Below, piece by piece: positions 19,403 to 28,310 of a DNA stretch of 64,000 nt. The notes under the pieces are model-generated. The model did no database searches. It saw only the letters and a list, made by a program, of their open reading frames with translations, and was not told where the DNA came from. Source of the DNA: Candidatus Calditenuis fumarioli (lineage in GTDB: Archaea > Thermoproteota > Nitrososphaeria_A > Caldarchaeales > Calditenuaceae); NCBI GenBank assembly GCA_030059665.1, contig JANVYR010000001.1, positions 288,001 to 352,000 of the forward strand, written 5' to 3'. Numbering within the stretch: the first letter of the stretch is position 1; every line of letters starts with the position of its first letter. Position numbers and translations under genes: made by a program.

Positions 19403-19920
19403 GTGATCCCGAGAGAGGGAGTTGAAAGCCCAGCCCTCCATGTGTTGGTACACCCTCCAGAATGCGCTGTGATCCCGAGAGAGGGAGTTGAAAGGACTGT
19501 CCTTGAAAATTATCTTGACATCTCGAATTGTCGGTGATCCCGAGAGAGGGAGTTGAAAGCCAGCCCGAGGGACCGGATGAGGTCCCCCACCTCCCCGGGG
19601 TCGAGTGATCCCGAGAGAGGGAGTTGAAAGAGCAGCATCCTCGGGCTCGTCGCGAACAGCTCGTACTCCTGGAGTGATCCCGAGAAAGGGAGTTGAAAGA
19701 TGGATCTGCGTCTCTGTTGAGCTCCATGAACCTCATTATCAGGGGTGATCCCGAGAGAGGGAATTGAAAGTATCCTGAAGGCCACCGCCTGTTCGTCCCG
19801 CGCTCTCGGTTTATTGTTTAGTGATCCCGTGAGAGGGAGTTGAAAGTCCGCCGTAGGCAGCCGTCCGGCGGTGTTCCTCACGAACCGCCCGTTCGTAATC
19901 CCGAGAGGGGGAGTTGAAAG
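19403..19920 (+). CRISPR. CRISPR array: 8 repeats of 26 bp (GTGATCCCGAGAGAGGGAGTTGAAAG) and 7 spacers of 39-50 nt
   Basis: Repeats start at 19403, 19469, 19534, 19605, 19674, 19745, 19821 and 19895. Variants accumulate toward the right (leader-distal) end. Repeats end in GAAAG and contain a TCCC/GGGA stem. Confidence 0.97.
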
Positions 19921-19985
19921 GTCCGACCAGCGCCGTGCGAAGGGCGACGAGGTCCTTATAGCCCGTCTCTGCGACGGTCTGATGG

Positions 19986-20252
19986 TTGAGGCAGGCGAAG
20001 TACCTGGTCGAGGTCCGCGCTGCCAAGAGGGCCTTCAGGGTCGACAAAGAGCTCGAGGAGGCTCTGAAGGGAACCCTCAGCTCGAAGATGATCTCCAGGA
20101 TGAAGCGGGAGTACGTCGAGTGCCCGGTCGCCGGCAAGGAGGTGGCCTTCCTCCTCTGCTACAGCTGCGTCTCCTTCATCCGAAGGGTATCGGGCGTCGT
20201 CCACTGCGAGGGCGTCGAGTTCCGCATCAAATCGAAGGGGGAGGGCGGTTGA
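19986..20252 (+). CDS. Small Cys-rich conserved hypothetical protein
   Basis: Motif CP-x10-CxxC-x12-C (ECPVAGKEVAFLLCYSCVSFIRRVSGVVHC); stop overlaps the next start. Confidence 0.7.
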   Translation: MRQAKYLVEVRAAKRAFRVDKELEEALKGTLSSKMISRMKREYVECPVAGKEVAFLLCYSCVSFIRRVSGVVHCEGVEFRIKSKGEGG

Positions 20253-20506
20253 ACCAGGGCCTGATGATCTCGGGGATCCTCGTGGCGCTCTTCGGCTTCA
20301 TCATCGCGGTGATGGGTTTCCTGATGTTCGCGCTCTTCGTGCCGTTGGGGGTGCTGATGTTCATCGCTGGCATCTACGCCAAGCCCTCCGAACCCGTCGT
20401 GCCCAGCGACCCGAGCAAGAAGTTCTGCTGGTACTGCATGGAGGAGATAGGGAAGGAGGAGAAGGTGTGCCCGTACTGCGGACTGGAGCAGCTGGACCGA
20501 GAGTGA
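20249..20506 (+). CDS. Small two-TM membrane protein with C-terminal zinc ribbon
   Basis: TTG start at 20249, two hydrophobic helices, CWYC...CPYC. Confidence 0.7.
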   Translation: MNQGLMISGILVALFGFIIAVMGFLMFALFVPLGVLMFIAGIYAKPSEPVVPSDPSKKFCWYCMEEIGKEEKVCPYCGLEQLDRE

Positions 20507-20580
20507 GTTGTGGTCCGCCTGACCCACGTGCCCTCACCGACCGGCCCGGAGGCCTGCTCGGGCACGCTTAGGCGCGGACC
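20506..20580 (-). ncRNA. H/ACA box pseudouridylation guide RNA hairpin
   Basis: Minus strand reads GGUCCGC-GCCUAAG-CGUGCCC-GA...UGA-GGGCACG-UGGGUCAG-GCGGACC-ACA. This gives a lower stem, a pocket, an upper stem with GA/UGA K-turn elements, and ACA directly after. Confidence 0.8.
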
Positions 20581-21065
20581 GTTCTTCGGTTGTGCTCCGG
20601 CTCCTTAAGGAGCTTTACGCCAGACCGAGGGAGTCTTGAAGAGTCGTACCCAAAGACCATCAGGTCGCGTCCCCAACACCTCCCCGCACGGCTAAGCGGT
20701 CCTACGGACCAGAGACCCACCCGTCCCCCACTTCGTTGGCTCCGCTGAAAGGCCGCCGTTACGGATCCCGCATCTCCGTTACGCGATCCGGCATCGGGCT
20801 CATTGGTTTTCAACTGAATCAATTGGCAGTACAATGTTTGACAACTGCCCATCAATAGCGCTCACCAGAATTTACATTGCTTGAAACCACGTGAAATTTC
20901 CGATCAATCATCTAGCAAATTGCTGAACATTTGGAATCCGCAAAGAATAAGACAGTCCTTCAGCAAGATTTATGAGCTGCTCGGTTTTATGGCGACGACA
21001 AGATTGACGATGACCGGAATTGCAACTCAATTCGTCAATGAGGGTGGGGGTGAGTTGGCAAAGTG

Positions 21066-22370
21066 ATGGGTGAGCAGGTTGGACGGACGGAAGAGAGGAC
21101 TCCACTCTTAGTGGACAGATATCTGAACATACCGAGGCAGACCTCTCCGGAGTTCTGGAGCGTCGCCAGAATAGAGCACATCAGGAGGCTGGCCGCCACG
21201 GGCAGGCCGGCGTACGTCTGGGACCCGTGCAAGGAGGGCTCGATGAGGGTCCTGGACAGGCTGCGCTTCCGGAGGGAGCTCGAGGACCCAGTGGCATCGG
21301 CGGACGGTCTGGAGGTCCCCGACGACGTCGAGGTGGGGTGCGAAATCGCCTACGGCCGCATCAGGATGTCGGTTCCCCTCTACCTGGGTGACATGTCCTT
21401 CGGAGCGCTGAGCGGCGTCCCCAACGTGGCCCTCGCGAGGGCAGCGGACTCCACCGGCGTGCTCTGCGGAATCGGAGAGGGAGGGGTACATCCGGAGGTG
21501 GCTAAGTGCAGGCGCATCGTCGTCCAGTGGGCATCTGCCAGGTTCGGCCTCAACCTCCACCTGATCAGGCTCGGAGAGGGCGTGGTGATCAAGATCGGTC
21601 AGGGCGCGAAGCCGGGGATAGGAGGGCACCTGCCGGGAGCGAAGGTCGTCGAGGTGATCTCCAGGACGAGGAGGATACCGGTGGGGACCGACGCGATATC
21701 GCCGGCGCCGCACCACGACATCTACTCGATCGAGGACCTGGAGCAGAGGATATGGGCCCTGAAGGAGGCGACGGGCAAACCGGTCTTCGTGAAGGTCGCG
21801 GCCACCAACTACGTGGCCTACGTCGCTGCCGGCGTAGCGAGGATGGGTGCTGACGGGATCATCATCGACGGCCACGGAGCTGGGACTGGGGCAGCTCCAG
21901 CTGCGGTCAGGGACAACGTCGGGATACCTGTGGAGCTTGCGGTGGCTACGGCCGACGCGATGCTGAGGAGAGAGGGGATGAGGGATGGGTTCACCGTGAT
22001 AGCCGCTGGCAGGGTAAGCAGCGCTGAGGACGCGGCCAAGCTGATGGCGCTCGGTGCGGACTGCGTCTCGATAGGCACGGCGGCCCTGATAGCCATGGGG
22101 TGCATCATGGTCCACAAATGCCACCTCGGCTTCTGCCCGGCGGTGATCACCAACCGCATCGAGGACAACCCGAAGAAGGTGCTCTCGCCCGAGTTCGCCC
22201 AGAGGTGCGTTGAGAACCTGATCCGAGGGTGGAGTGGCGAGCTGAAGCTGATCCTGGAGAGGCTTGGACTGAGGCGGGTCACGGATCTCGTGGGCCGGAG
22301 GGACCTTCTGGTCGGCATCGGGCTTCGGGAGCCTACGCTGGGGGTTCTGGGGGTTGAGGGTCTACAGTAA
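21066..22370 (+). CDS. Glutamate synthase FMN-binding subunit (GltB domain 2)
   Basis: [42 protein letters not shown], and 3Fe-4S motif [12 protein letters not shown]. Confidence 0.93.
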   Translation: MGEQVGRTEERTPLLVDRYLNIPRQTSPEFWSVARIEHIRRLAATGRPAYVWDPCKEGSMRVLDRLRFRRELEDPVASADGLEVPDDVEVGCEIAYGRIRMSVPLYLGDMSFGALSGVPNVALARAADSTGVLCGIGEGGVHPEVAKCRRIVVQWASARFGLNLHLIRLGEGVVIKIGQGAKPGIGGHLPGAKVVEVISRTRRIPVGTDAISPAPHHDIYSIEDLEQRIWALKEATGKPVFVKVAATNYVAYVAAGVARMGADGIIIDGHGAGTGAAPAAVRDNVGIPVELAVATADAMLRREGMRDGFTVIAAGRVSSAEDAAKLMALGADCVSIGTAALIAMGCIMVHKCHLGFCPAVITNRIEDNPKKVLSPEFAQRCVENLIRGWSGELKLILERLGLRRVTDLVGRRDLLVGIGLREPTLGVLGVEGLQ

Positions 22371-23391
22371 GCGCCTCGGGATGGACGACAGGACGCTGTC
22401 CCATCTGAGGCAGATGTCCGGGGTCGAGGGGAGGATGCCCGGGGAGCCGCCGATAGTCAGCATGGGATCAACCGCACCGCCGTTCGTCGAGCAGCCGCGA
22501 GCCGTCCTTGACCACATCGTCTCCGACGGAGCTCAGGTCACTCGGCCCAGCATAGACCCATACCGGGAGCCGGTGGAGACGTCCGTTCACATCTTCGGAG
22601 GCGCCGTAAGGCTCTCGATGCCGCTCGGCGTATCGGGCCTCAGCGACCTCTTGGAAGGCCTCGTCGAGGAGGTGGTCAGGACCTGCTACCGGATGGGCGT
22701 GCTGGCGGACCTCTTCGGTCTCCACTACGAGCCATCGTCGGTCGAAGGCAGGGGGGATTACGTCCTCACGCACGCCGTTAGAGGAACTGCGGCCGCGAGG
22801 AACGTTCAGGTCGTGGTGCTCGGCGATGACGACGTAGACCCTCAGCTGGTCGAACGCATTCGGGCGGAAGGGAGGAGACCGGTGGCCAGGGTACCGTCTA
22901 CCGGAACCGCGGACCTCTACAGGGCAGTGGCGTCGGCACGCTTCGACGCGATCGTCATCGACGAAGACCTCGAGGGCGATACCGAGGTGGACCTGGAGCT
23001 GGCCGTGGCGCTCTGCGACAGGGTCCTTAGGGATCCTTCGATGGGAGGCGGAAGGTTGCGCTACTCGGTCACCCTCATCGCCACGTCATCGCGACTGCGG
23101 GGATCCGGCGACGTCTTCAAGCTCCTCGGGCTGGGGGCCGAGGTAGTTTTGCTGAAGGACTCCTGGAAGCTCGGGACCAACGTCTCCCGCGACACGCGAC
23201 CATCGGTCCTTGCGGAGAGGCTCGAGAACTTGCTGCTCGGAATGCAGAAGGAGCTGAAGCTGCTGGCCGGTGCGGCCGGTGCCAGCTCCCTCCACTCCAC
23301 CGTCTGCGGCAACCGGGAGCTCTTCAGGGCCGTGGAACTCGACGGTCGGGTCCTTGAAGCTCTGGGGGTGAAGGCTGCTGGGAGCTGGTGA
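22354..23391 (+). CDS. Degenerate glutamate synthase FMN-barrel paralog (no Fe-S cysteines)
   Basis: [17 protein letters not shown] and [16 protein letters not shown], but the Cx5Cx4C motif is absent. Confidence 0.7.
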   Translation: MRVYSKRLGMDDRTLSHLRQMSGVEGRMPGEPPIVSMGSTAPPFVEQPRAVLDHIVSDGAQVTRPSIDPYREPVETSVHIFGGAVRLSMPLGVSGLSDLLEGLVEEVVRTCYRMGVLADLFGLHYEPSSVEGRGDYVLTHAVRGTAAARNVQVVVLGDDDVDPQLVERIRAEGRRPVARVPSTGTADLYRAVASARFDAIVIDEDLEGDTEVDLELAVALCDRVLRDPSMGGGRLRYSVTLIATSSRLRGSGDVFKLLGLGAEVVLLKDSWKLGTNVSRDTRPSVLAERLENLLLGMQKELKLLAGAAGASSLHSTVCGNRELFRAVELDGRVLEALGVKAAGSW

Positions 23392-23395
23392 GGGA

Positions 23396-25462
23396 CTGAC
23401 CTGCTGGCCTAGCAGGCAGATCTCCTCCTGCGGCGTCTTCGGGGTGCTTCGGAAGCGAGGGGCTCCGCCCATCTCTCCGAGGATCGCGTTCACGGCGATC
23501 GAGTGCGTCAGGTACAGGGGAAGCAGGTTCGGCGCGGGCTTCGGTCTTGTGAACCTCCAAACCGGTGTGAGGAGGATGAAGGCGTTCGCGGTCTCGGAGC
23601 AGGCCGAGCGGGAGCTCAGGAGGGAGCTCTCCATGAGGCTAGGTGAGCTGGAGCCCCTGGGGTGCGAGGTCGCTGGCGACGGCTTGACGCCCGGCTCCTA
23701 CGTTTACGCGCTGCGGCAGGACCCCGGGGATGAGGCGGTAAGGCGCGCGGTCCAAGAGGTGAACAGGAAGTTCTTCAGGCCCAGCATCAGGGCCCACGTC
23801 TACGCTTGGGGCAGACACGTCGACGTCTTCAAGGGCGTCGGATACCCTGCTGACGTATACCAGCTGTACGACCTGGAGAGGAGGCTGAGGGGTGCGGACC
23901 TGTGGGTCTCGCACACGAGGCAGCCGACCAACTCCCCGGGCCGTCTCCCGATCTGGTCGCACCCGTTCTCATCCGGCGAGTGGGTCGCGGTCCACAACGG
24001 CGACGTCAGCTCCTTCGGAGCCAACATGTCGTTCCTCGAATCGGTAGGGTTCCTGAACTTCGTAGGCACCGACAGCGAGGTGATCGCGTTTTTGCTCGAC
24101 CACCTTACATCGGTCGAGAGGCTGCCGCTCGAGGAAGCGTGCCGGATCCTCGTGAACCCCTTCGAGGACTATGTCCAAGACGGCCGCTCGCAGGGACGCT
24201 CGGTCGTGTTCAGGGGTGCCAGGCTCGACGGGCCCTTCACCGTCGTCGCGGGCTACTCGGACGGCAAGGACGTCTACATGGTCGTCCTCGCGGACAGGTT
24301 CAAGTTCAGGCCGGTCGTGGTCGGGGAGGACGAGAACTACGTCTACGCAGCGAGCGAGGAGGTCCAGATAAGGGCCGTCTCACCCGACGCTAGGGTCTGG
24401 ACGCTCGAACCGGGCAGCTTCATGCTCGCCTCCAGCAGCAGAGGCGTGATCATCGCGGGGAGGAAGAGGCTCGACCTCTTCGTGAGACCTCAGCTCTCGA
24501 TCCCGCGGCCGGAGCCAGTGGGTCACGTGATCGACGCGTCAGAGCTTGGGTACCAGCAGATCAACCGATTGCTGCGTGAGCTGAGCCAGCGAGGCGTCTC
24601 GGACGTGAGCCTCCTCAACGTCAGGGGCCAGAGGTACATCGGCGTCGGAGTGGAGGGACACATCCGCGTGAGGATCTACGGAACCCCTGGCAACTGCCTC
24701 GCGAACCTGAACGATTCGATCGACTTCGAGGTCTTCGGCTCGGTGCAGGACGACGTGGGTGACGTGATGCACGGCGGCAGCGTCGTGGTCCACGGCGACG
24801 CACGGGACGTCCTCGGGCAGGCGCTTCAGGGCGGTGAGATCCTCGTCAAGGGCAACGCGGGGAACCGGTGCGGCATCCAGATGCGCGAGTACGAGGGCAG
24901 GAGGCCCTACCTCGTCGTCGGAGGGCGCGTGGACGACTACCTCGGCGAGTACATGGCCGGAGGCGTGATCGTCGTGCTTGGGCTGGGTTACGAGGGCTCT
25001 GACGTTCCTGTGGTCGGCAGGTTCGCAGGCACCGGGATGGTCGGCGGAAGGATCTACGTCAGAGGCACTGTGCCGAGGTCGCACATAGGTTACCTCCCTC
25101 CGAGGCGTGACGTGCTGCAGTACCTTAGGGGCCTCTGGCTCGACGGCGAGCTCGACGGAAGGGCGTTCGAAAGCCTCGCGGCCTGCGAGCACCTGGACCC
25201 CGAGACGCTGTCTCGTCACCTGCCACCTGACCTGCTGAGGAGGGTGATGAAGCTCTTCGAGCACAAGTACTTCCGCAGGCTTCTGGTTGAGGAGCGTCAC
25301 CTGAACGAGGCGGAGGTCCACGAGCTGGGGCCGGTTCTCAGGGCTTTCGGCGAGAAGTTCTCCCTGGAGCGGGAGGTTAAGGGCCTGCTCGATGAGAAGT
25401 TCACGGTGATCCATCCCTCCACAGCGCAGGCTCCCAAACCAGTCGTCTCCGAAGAGGGATGA
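23396..25462 (+). CDS. Glutamate synthase Ntn-amidotransferase domain fused to the GXGXG (domain 3) module
   Basis: SCGVFGVLRK, SHTRQPTNSPG, HNGD, GTDSE, LDGPF, GQRYIG, YLGEYMAGG. The frame is open upstream of the ORF-track GTG 23444 and includes the catalytic Cys; the likely start is CTG 23396. Confidence 0.88.
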   Translation: MTCWPSRQISSCGVFGVLRKRGAPPISPRIAFTAIECVRYRGSRFGAGFGLVNLQTGVRRMKAFAVSEQAERELRRELSMRLGELEPLGCEVAGDGLTPGSYVYALRQDPGDEAVRRAVQEVNRKFFRPSIRAHVYAWGRHVDVFKGVGYPADVYQLYDLERRLRGADLWVSHTRQPTNSPGRLPIWSHPFSSGEWVAVHNGDVSSFGANMSFLESVGFLNFVGTDSEVIAFLLDHLTSVERLPLEEACRILVNPFEDYVQDGRSQGRSVVFRGARLDGPFTVVAGYSDGKDVYMVVLADRFKFRPVVVGEDENYVYAASEEVQIRAVSPDARVWTLEPGSFMLASSSRGVIIAGRKRLDLFVRPQLSIPRPEPVGHVIDASELGYQQINRLLRELSQRGVSDVSLLNVRGQRYIGVGVEGHIRVRIYGTPGNCLANLNDSIDFEVFGSVQDDVGDVMHGGSVVVHGDARDVLGQALQGGEILVKGNAGNRCGIQMREYEGRRPYLVVGGRVDDYLGEYMAGGVIVVLGLGYEGSDVPVVGRFAGTGMVGGRIYVRGTVPRSHIGYLPPRRDVLQYLRGLWLDGELDGRAFESLAACEHLDPETLSRHLPPDLLRRVMKLFEHKYFRRLLVEERHLNEAEVHELGPVLRAFGEKFSLEREVKGLLDEKFTVIHPSTAQAPKPVVSEEG

Positions 25463-25549
25463 CCCGGAAGATCCCTGCGTAATACGCTAACCACATCGGG
25501 GGATGGACGGAGCTCCTCCGGTGGGTCAAGCCATATCATCGACTCGGCG

Positions 25550-25828
25550 TTGCGAGATCACGTGAACAGGGTAAGGCTCGGACTGACCGTGTCGCTCCTG
25601 GGGGTCACGATGAGCTTCCTGCCACTGATCATAGGCGCCGTCGCCCTCTGGGGAGGAGCGGACTTCGTGTTCCAGCTCTTCACGGTTGGCAACGGCGCGA
25701 CCATGCACGTCCCCCTCTCGTTGGTCTTCTGCGCGGTCTCAGTACCCGTCACGCTGCTCGGCCTCTCGGTGTTCAGGCGATCGATCAGGCAGATGGTTCG
25801 CGAGGTGCAGGGCTCAGGCGGTACCTGA
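25550..25828 (+). CDS. Small two-TM membrane protein
   Basis: Two hydrophobic segments; fills the gap between gltB and sucC. Confidence 0.5.
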   Translation: MRDHVNRVRLGLTVSLLGVTMSFLPLIIGAVALWGGADFVFQLFTVGNGATMHVPLSLVFCAVSVPVTLLGLSVFRRSIRQMVREVQGSGGT

Positions 25829-26938
25829 TGCCAGCTCGACGGCCCTCCTCGCCGCCTCCTCCATCGACCTGAAGAACTCGTACCCGTTCTCTCTGAGGAT
25901 CCTCTGTCCCTCCTCCTCCCTCGTGCCGACCAACCTGACCACGAGCCTGACTTCCTTCCCGGACTCCCGGATGCCTCTCACGAGGCCGAGCGCCACCTCG
26001 TCGCATCGCGTTATGCCGCCGAGCACGTTCACGAACACCACCCTGATCCCCTCCTTCTGCAGGAGGAACCTGACGGCCTTCTCGACCCTTTCGGCGTTCG
26101 CGCCGCCTCCAATGTCGAGGAAGTTCGCGGGCCTGCCGCCGTAATGCTTGATGAGGTCCATCGTAGCCATCGTGAGGCCTGCGCCGTTGCAGATCACGCC
26201 GATGTCGCCGTCGAGCTCGACGTAGCTGAAGCCCAGATCCCTCGCCACGTCCTCAGGCCCCTTCTCCCTCTCGAAGGGCATGCCCTTAACCCTGACGAAG
26301 TTGTCGTCGATGATCACCTTCGCGTCGAGCGCCATCAGCCTATTCCTCTCGTCGACCACCAGGGGGTTGATCTCGGCGAGCTCGCAACCGTAATCCGAGT
26401 AGAGCGAGTAGAGGCCCGTGAGGACCCGCTCGCAATCCGCGGCAGCCTCGCCCTCAAGCCCGAGGAACCGCACGGCCTTCCTCACGTGATAGCTCCGGAG
26501 GCCGACGATGGGATCGATCGGGACGCGCAGGACGCTCTCAGGATGCTTGGCCGCTATCTCCTCGATGTCGACCCCTCCCATCGGTGAGACCAGGAGCAGG
26601 TGGCCCCTGTTGGTCCTGTCCGCGGTCAGCGACAGGTAAAGTTCTCTCCCGAATCCGATCAGTTCTGCCACCAGAAGCTTCCTGACGACCTCGCCCTTCA
26701 GCGACGCGCCGAGCATCAATCTGGCGACCGCCTCCGCCTCATCAGGGGACCCGACGACCCTTATCCCGCCGGCTTTACCCCTACCTCCCACGAGGACCTG
26801 CGCCTTCAGCACAGCTCTTCCGCCGAGCTCGACGACGGCCTTCCTGACGTCCTGGGGTGAGGACGCGACGATCGATCTGGGAACCGGTATGCCGTAGGAC
26901 CTGAAGAGCTCGACGGCCTCATGCTCGTAGAGCTTCAT
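25814..26938 (-). CDS. sucC: Succinyl-CoA synthetase beta subunit
   Basis: MKLYEHEA, KAQVLVGGRGKAGGI, EINPL, NGAGLTMATMD, NFLDIGGG. Confidence 0.93.
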   Translation of the reverse strand: MKLYEHEAVELFRSYGIPVPRSIVASSPQDVRKAVVELGGRAVLKAQVLVGGRGKAGGIRVVGSPDEAEAVARLMLGASLKGEVVRKLLVAELIGFGRELYLSLTADRTNRGHLLLVSPMGGVDIEEIAAKHPESVLRVPIDPIVGLRSYHVRKAVRFLGLEGEAAADCERVLTGLYSLYSDYGCELAEINPLVVDERNRLMALDAKVIIDDNFVRVKGMPFEREKGPEDVARDLGFSYVELDGDIGVICNGAGLTMATMDLIKHYGGRPANFLDIGGGANAERVEKAVRFLLQKEGIRVVFVNVLGGITRCDEVALGLVRGIRESGKEVRLVVRLVGTREEEGQRILRENGYEFFRSMEEAARRAVELASGTA

Positions 26939-27023
26939 GCTCCCTGCTCCCGACCGTCGGGGACGACTTAAACTCCTCGACCCCGTTAGGAGCACACGTG
27001 ATCGGCCGCGACCGCGGAGGAGG

Positions 27024-28310
27024 TCACTCGAACTCCTTCTGAGGGTTGATCTTGCTGAAGACTGCCCTCATCCTGCTGAGGTCGAGGCCCCGGGAGAGGA
27101 GAATTCCCTCCACCTCCTCCACGAACTCCCTCCCGATGCCTCGGGGCAGCGAGATCAGCTCGTCCACGAGGTCCAGGGCCAGGGGAAGGCCAGTTGCGGG
27201 GTTGGCGGTCTCGAACGCGTAGGTCACCGCGAGTTCGACCGTCTCGGCATCGACGCCCTTCGGGAACTCGATGCAGACCGGCGGCTGGTCCGGCACGGTC
27301 CTGAGGAAGACGCGCTTCGTCGAGAGGACGGTTTCGAGAATCCTTGCCTTTCTCTCCTCCGGCTCATCCGTCCCGCGATGGAGGAGGTCCGTGACGATCT
27401 GGTTGCTGACCCGCCTCCAGGATTCTTTGTACAGTTCATTCACGTTCACCTCCTTTCCCCTCCTACGCCGCTCGTGGATCATGCCCGAGAGCGCCGATAA
27501 GACCTCCGGTGGGTTCTCTGGACCCAGAAGCTCGCTCATGTCCAGGACCTGGCCGACCTCCATCGCAAGCGTCAGGATCGACCTGTCCGTGAGACCAGTC
27601 GTCAATTCCGCGTTGCCGGTGCGGTGCGCGACGTAGCCGTCGATGGCCGAGGTGGCAACCCTCTTCACGACCCCGAAGGCCCTGCCCGACTGGAGGAGTT
27701 TCTCCGTCATCCTCACCAGCTCGTCGATCAGCTGATGCGTTTCGCGGAAGGTCTTCTGCGTGACGGGATCGGTCCAGTTCAGCTCGAGGTGCTTGACCCT
27801 GCTGCACCCTGCCCTGAACCCCCAGAAGGAGCCGTCGATGACCACGTAGTCGACTCTTTTGTCCTCGAGGGCCTTGACGGCGTAGAGCCTCTCCAGGTAC
27901 GTCGTGACCAGGTCTAGGGTCTTGGCGAAGTCCTCTCGGGAGGTGTGATGGGTGCCCCTGAGGGCGTCGCCGACGTACCACTCGGCCTCCGGGATCTGCC
28001 CGATGCCCCTGAAGTCCTTACGGCACGCGGCCACCAGCCCAAGCCTCAGGCCTATCCTCTCGTCGATGGAGGGCGTGTCGGAACCGTCCACGACGGCGAA
28101 GACCTTATCCCTCCACTCGGGCCTTTCGGCGCCATCGGCGCGAGACCTCAGCAGCGGCACCAGGAGCTCGAAGGCCCTCCGGATCGGTTCGCTGACGACC
28201 GACAGCTCGCTTAGTATCCTCTCGGCCTCCTTCTTCGCCAGCTCGAAGTAGGCCTCCTGTAGGGGTCGCGGTATCCTCAGGATCTCCGGGATCTCCTCCT
28301 CAGCCTCCAC
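27024..28310 (-). CDS. NurA-domain nuclease
   Basis: FAVVDGSD, YVVIDGS, GVVKR, GLPLALDLVDE. Confidence 0.8.
   Translation of the reverse strand: MEAEEEIPEILRIPRPLQEAYFELAKKEAERILSELSVVSEPIRRAFELLVPLLRSRADGAERPEWRDKVFAVVDGSDTPSIDERIGLRLGLVAACRKDFRGIGQIPEAEWYVGDALRGTHHTSREDFAKTLDLVTTYLERLYAVKALEDKRVDYVVIDGSFWGFRAGCSRVKHLELNWTDPVTQKTFRETHQLIDELVRMTEKLLQSGRAFGVVKRVATSAIDGYVAHRTGNAELTTGLTDRSILTLAMEVGQVLDMSELLGPENPPEVLSALSGMIHERRRRGKEVNVNELYKESWRRVSNQIVTDLLHRGTDEPEERKARILETVLSTKRVFLRTVPDQPPVCIEFPKGVDAETVELAVTYAFETANPATGLPLALDLVDELISLPRGIGREFVEEVEGILLSRGLDLSRMRAVFSKINPQKEFE

Noticed and set aside
19560-19604. Spacer 3 shares CCCCCACCTCCCC with 39247-39259 in the element
   Set aside because: Only 13 low-complexity nt match and the flanks disagree; not credible self-targeting.
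19311-20137. ORFs across the CRISPR array
   Set aside because: Translations of repeat-spacer DNA.
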